Shown: piece after piece, positions 61,655 through 64,000 of the stretch | Layout: each line of letters opens with the position of its first letter | Numbering within the stretch: the first letter of the stretch is position 1 | Assembly (NCBI GenBank): GCA_964561105.1 | Contig: CAZLOH010000009.1 | Location: 22,679-86,678 of the forward strand | Source of the DNA: an uncultured Bifidobacterium sp. | Lineage (GTDB): Bacteria; Verrucomicrobiota; Verrucomicrobiia; Limisphaerales; JADLHS01 | DNA length: 64,000 bases | Direction: 5' to 3' | Position numbers and translations under genes: made by a program | Notes under the pieces: generated by a model | What the model saw: only the letters and a program-made list of their open reading frames with translations | Databases searched by the model: none | What the model was told of the DNA's origin: nothing

Positions 61655-64000
61655 CGTTCCACAATGAATTCGTCAAAGTTCATGATCGCATTTACCAGCG
61701 TCGTCATCGCGGCAGACTCAGCGGGCGGCAGGGTTTCGTCAGGTTTCGATTCCCCCACGGTGAGCAAGCGCTTCGCACCGTCGGTGTCCTTGGCGAACAC
61801 GGCGGTTTGTTCAGCAAAAAGCTGCGCGAGGATCCTAGCTTCGGTTTCATCCGGAGCACGGCCGATCAGCGCACGGAACGCATCCCGATTGCGCGCCGTT
61901 TCGTCGTGCGGATATTGTTTCAGCAATCTCTCACCCAGCACGCGCGACGCTTCGATGAATTGCGGGTCGTTCAGCAACACGAGCGATTGCAACGGGGTGG
62001 CCGTGGTTTCGCGTTTGGCGGTGCAGACTTCGCGTGTGACGGCGTCGAACGTCAACATCGAGGGCGGCGGCGAGGTGCGGCGCCAGAAGGTGTAGAGGCT
62101 GCGGCGATACAACTTGGCTCCGTGATCCTGCGTGTAGGTCTTGCCCGTGCCCGATTGCTCCCAAAGCCCGGCGGGTTGATACGGTTTCACGCTTGGGCCA
62201 CCGAGGGTGCGATTCAGCAACCCGCTCGCAGCGAGCGCCTCGTCCCGAATCTCCTCGGCCAGCAGCCGATGCTTCGGACCGCGCGCGAGCAGGGAGTTGT
62301 CGGGATCGCGCGCCACCAGTTCGTGTGGGGCTTGGGAAGACTGTTGATAGGTCGCCGAGTTGACGATGAGTTTATGCAGCGCCTTGACATCCCAGCCATG
62401 GTCCATGAACCAGCCGGCGAGCCAGTCGAGCAGATGAGGATGCGTGGGCAGGCTGCCCTGGCTGCCAAAGTCTTCCGGCGTCGCCACGAGACCGCGCCCA
62501 AAGTGCATGGCCCAGATGCGATTGACGACGACACGCGCGGTGAGCGGATTCTGCCGCTCGGTCATCCAGTGCGCCAGGCCAAGGCGGTTGCGTGGTTGAT
62601 CTTTGGGAAACGGGAGGATTGCCTCGGGAGTATCGCGTCCGACCAGTTCGGCGGGCGCATCGTAGGCGCCGCGATTGAGGCGGTGCGTGGGACGCGGGTG
62701 CGCCATCTCTTCCATGACCATGATTTCGGGGATGTCATTGACGAGGTCGTTTTGCTGCTCGCGAAGCTTTTTGAGTTCGGCGGCTGCGTCGCGGTACGGT
62801 TCGTACTGTCGAGCAAGGAAATATGCGAGCAACACGGTTCTGTCGCCGGGAGACTGTGCGTGGTCGGCGCTGGCGTGCGGAGACGGCGAAGACGTTTGCC
62901 CAGTGGCGTCTGCCTCGTTACCTCGGCGGCTATGGCGGGTAGTTTCGTGGGAAGCGAGTACCGTCTGCCGCTTGCCCGAGAATGTTGAAGCTTCAGTCTG
63001 TTGAACTGCTTTTGCATGGCCGATAGCGGATGATTGTTGTTCCCGCTGTCTTGGCGGAGGAGTCAGGGTGAGTGGTCCGTCCGGCCGGCCAATCGCCTTC
63101 ACTTCCGGTGCAGTCAACGCCACATCGAACACCTGCAAGTCATCAATTGCTCCATCCTTGAATCCATGATCGCGAAAGCGGCCGGCGAGCTGGAGGTGAA
63201 TGTTGCCGACCTCGGCATCGCCCCACTGGCTGCGGTGGATGATGTCTTTGTAGAGATGATCGCGCACCACGTCGGTCTCCATCCGCGCGCCATTGAGATA
63301 AAGTTGAATGCCCGCCGCACGACTGGAACCATCGTAGGTCACGGTAATGTGCGACCACTCGTTGGTGGGCAAGGCCTGTCGGGCGCGAACGGCCATGGCG
63401 TTGCCGGGCCAGAAATGGATCAGACCAAAGAAGGGCTGGCCGTGTTCCAGCACCAGTTCCAATCCGCGACTGCCGGAATCGGTCCAGGCCCGGGACTGAT
63501 GCAGGATCACGGCGCGATCCGACCTGACCGCAGGCTTGAGCCAGAGACTGAAGGAGAACGGGTCGGTGCGTTTGAAATTGGGGACGGTTTCGCACACGAC
63601 TTCATTGTCGCCGCTGAATTGCAGGGCAAAGTTCGTTGTACCGGCTTCCTGGGTGGCGCGGGGAGACTGGACTGTTCGTGCAGCTTCGGAAATCGACGCT
63701 CCCGTAATCAACCGGGGGCCATCCACCAGTTGCGCGGAATTTGTCCGGTGGGCACTGTCGGGCGTGGTGTTGTTCGTTACGGTATCAAAAGCGAAGTGAG
63801 CGATGGGCGGGGGCAGGACAATTTTTCCGCCGGACGTCAGCCAGGCGGGAAATTCCTTTGCCCCATCAGCTGCCGTTTGTTTCAACTTCGCCTCGGCGGT
63901 GGAAATCTTTTCCTTGAGCGCCGCGGCTTCGGCGGCTTTGTCGTCCGGCCAAAGTAAGAGCGTGGGGGTGGGGGTGGCGCGCGTGAAGTGTGAATACAAA
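61651..64000 (-). CDS. DUF1553/PSD1-containing protein with LamG-like domain (PSCyt/DUF1549 family), N-terminus outside the window
   Basis: C-terminal 'VVNRIWAMHFGRGLVATPEDFGSQG..PTHPHLLDWLA' and 'NSATYQQSS' (DUF1553). Upstream LamG-like 'WSHITVTYDGS...LYLNGARM'. The ORF is open to the window edge. Confidence 0.85.
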   Translation of the reverse strand, partial: LYSHFTRATPTPTLLLWPDDKAAEAAALKEKISTAEAKLKQTAADGAKEFPAWLTSGGKIVLPPPIAHFAFDTVTNNTTPDSAHRTNSAQLVDGPRLITGASISEAARTVQSPRATQEAGTTNFALQFSGDNEVVCETVPNFKRTDPFSFSLWLKPAVRSDRAVILHQSRAWTDSGSRGLELVLEHGQPFFGLIHFWPGNAMAVRARQALPTNEWSHITVTYDGSSRAAGIQLYLNGARMETDVVRDHLYKDIIHRSQWGDAEVGNIHLQLAGRFRDHGFKDGAIDDLQVFDVALTAPEVKAIGRPDGPLTLTPPPRQREQQSSAIGHAKAVQQTEASTFSGKRQTVLASHETTRHSRRGNEADATGQTSSPSPHASADHAQSPGDRTVLLAYFLARQYEPYRDAAAELKKLREQQNDLVNDIPEIMVMEEMAHPRPTHRLNRGAYDAPAELVGRDTPEAILPFPKDQPRNRLGLAHWMTERQNPLTARVVVNRIWAMHFGRGLVATPEDFGSQGSLPTHPHLLDWLAGWFMDHGWDVKALHKLIVNSATYQQSSQAPHELVARDPDNSLLARGPKHRLLAEEIRDEALAASGLLNRTLGGPSVKPYQPAGLWEQSGTGKTYTQDHGAKLYRRSLYTFWRRTSPPPSMLTFDAVTREVCTAKRETTATPLQSLVLLNDPQFIEASRVLGERLLKQYPHDETARNRDAFRALIGRAPDETEARILAQLFAEQTAVFAKDTDGAKRLLTVGESKPDETLPPAESAAMTTLVNAIMNFDEFIVER

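Noticed and set aside
1-64000. Whole-window search for mobile-element or defence hallmarks: transposase, integrase, reverse transcriptase, Cas, restriction-modification, toxin-antitoxin, tRNA attachment sites and rRNA.
   Set aside because: None of the credible ORFs carries such motifs, and I saw no tRNA-like cloverleaf in the intergenic regions by eye. Absence should be confirmed with tRNAscan-SE, Infernal and defence-system HMMs.

Overview
64 kb, high-GC chromosomal segment with dense coding and long spurious antisense ORFs. The gene content suggests a PVC-type bacterium, probably Verrucomicrobiota-like: a DUF1553/DUF1501 pair, LpxI, giant secreted repeat proteins, and many hybrid two-component proteins. 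This taxonomic call is inference only. I support about 45 CDS. Housekeeping genes: valS, cimA, gnd, lpxI, cysC and a 2-oxoacid dehydrogenase E1a/E1b/E2 set. Regulatory genes: two phosphorelay clusters, a GbsR-like repressor with a perfect operator palindrome, an AraC-MGMT fusion and an ECF sigma fragment. Envelope and secreted genes: an OprP-like porin, a K+ channel, a lipase-like lipoprotein, a 1.45k-aa adhesin with 9 tandem 318-bp repeats, and a 1.44k-aa multidomain S8 protease. I found no rRNA, tRNA, CRISPR array, transposase, integrase, reverse transcriptase or recognisable defence gene. The most unusual signal seen directly in the sequence is several families of REP-like palindromic elements. 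Many sit in frame inside ORFs: at least four inside essential valS, one inside a DCC-domain loop, and a fragment in a DUF1553 linker. A 125-bp dispersed repeat pair brackets a 5-kb block holding a LysM/TPR protein, a DUF3142-like protein and the truncated sigma gene. Other candidates are a PAPS sulfation cassette, a low-GC lipoprotein gene wedged by translational coupling between DUF1553 and DUF1501, a K+ channel coupled to an alpha/beta hydrolase, and a probable frameshift in an FHA gene. All functional calls rest on motifs read by eye. No database search was run.
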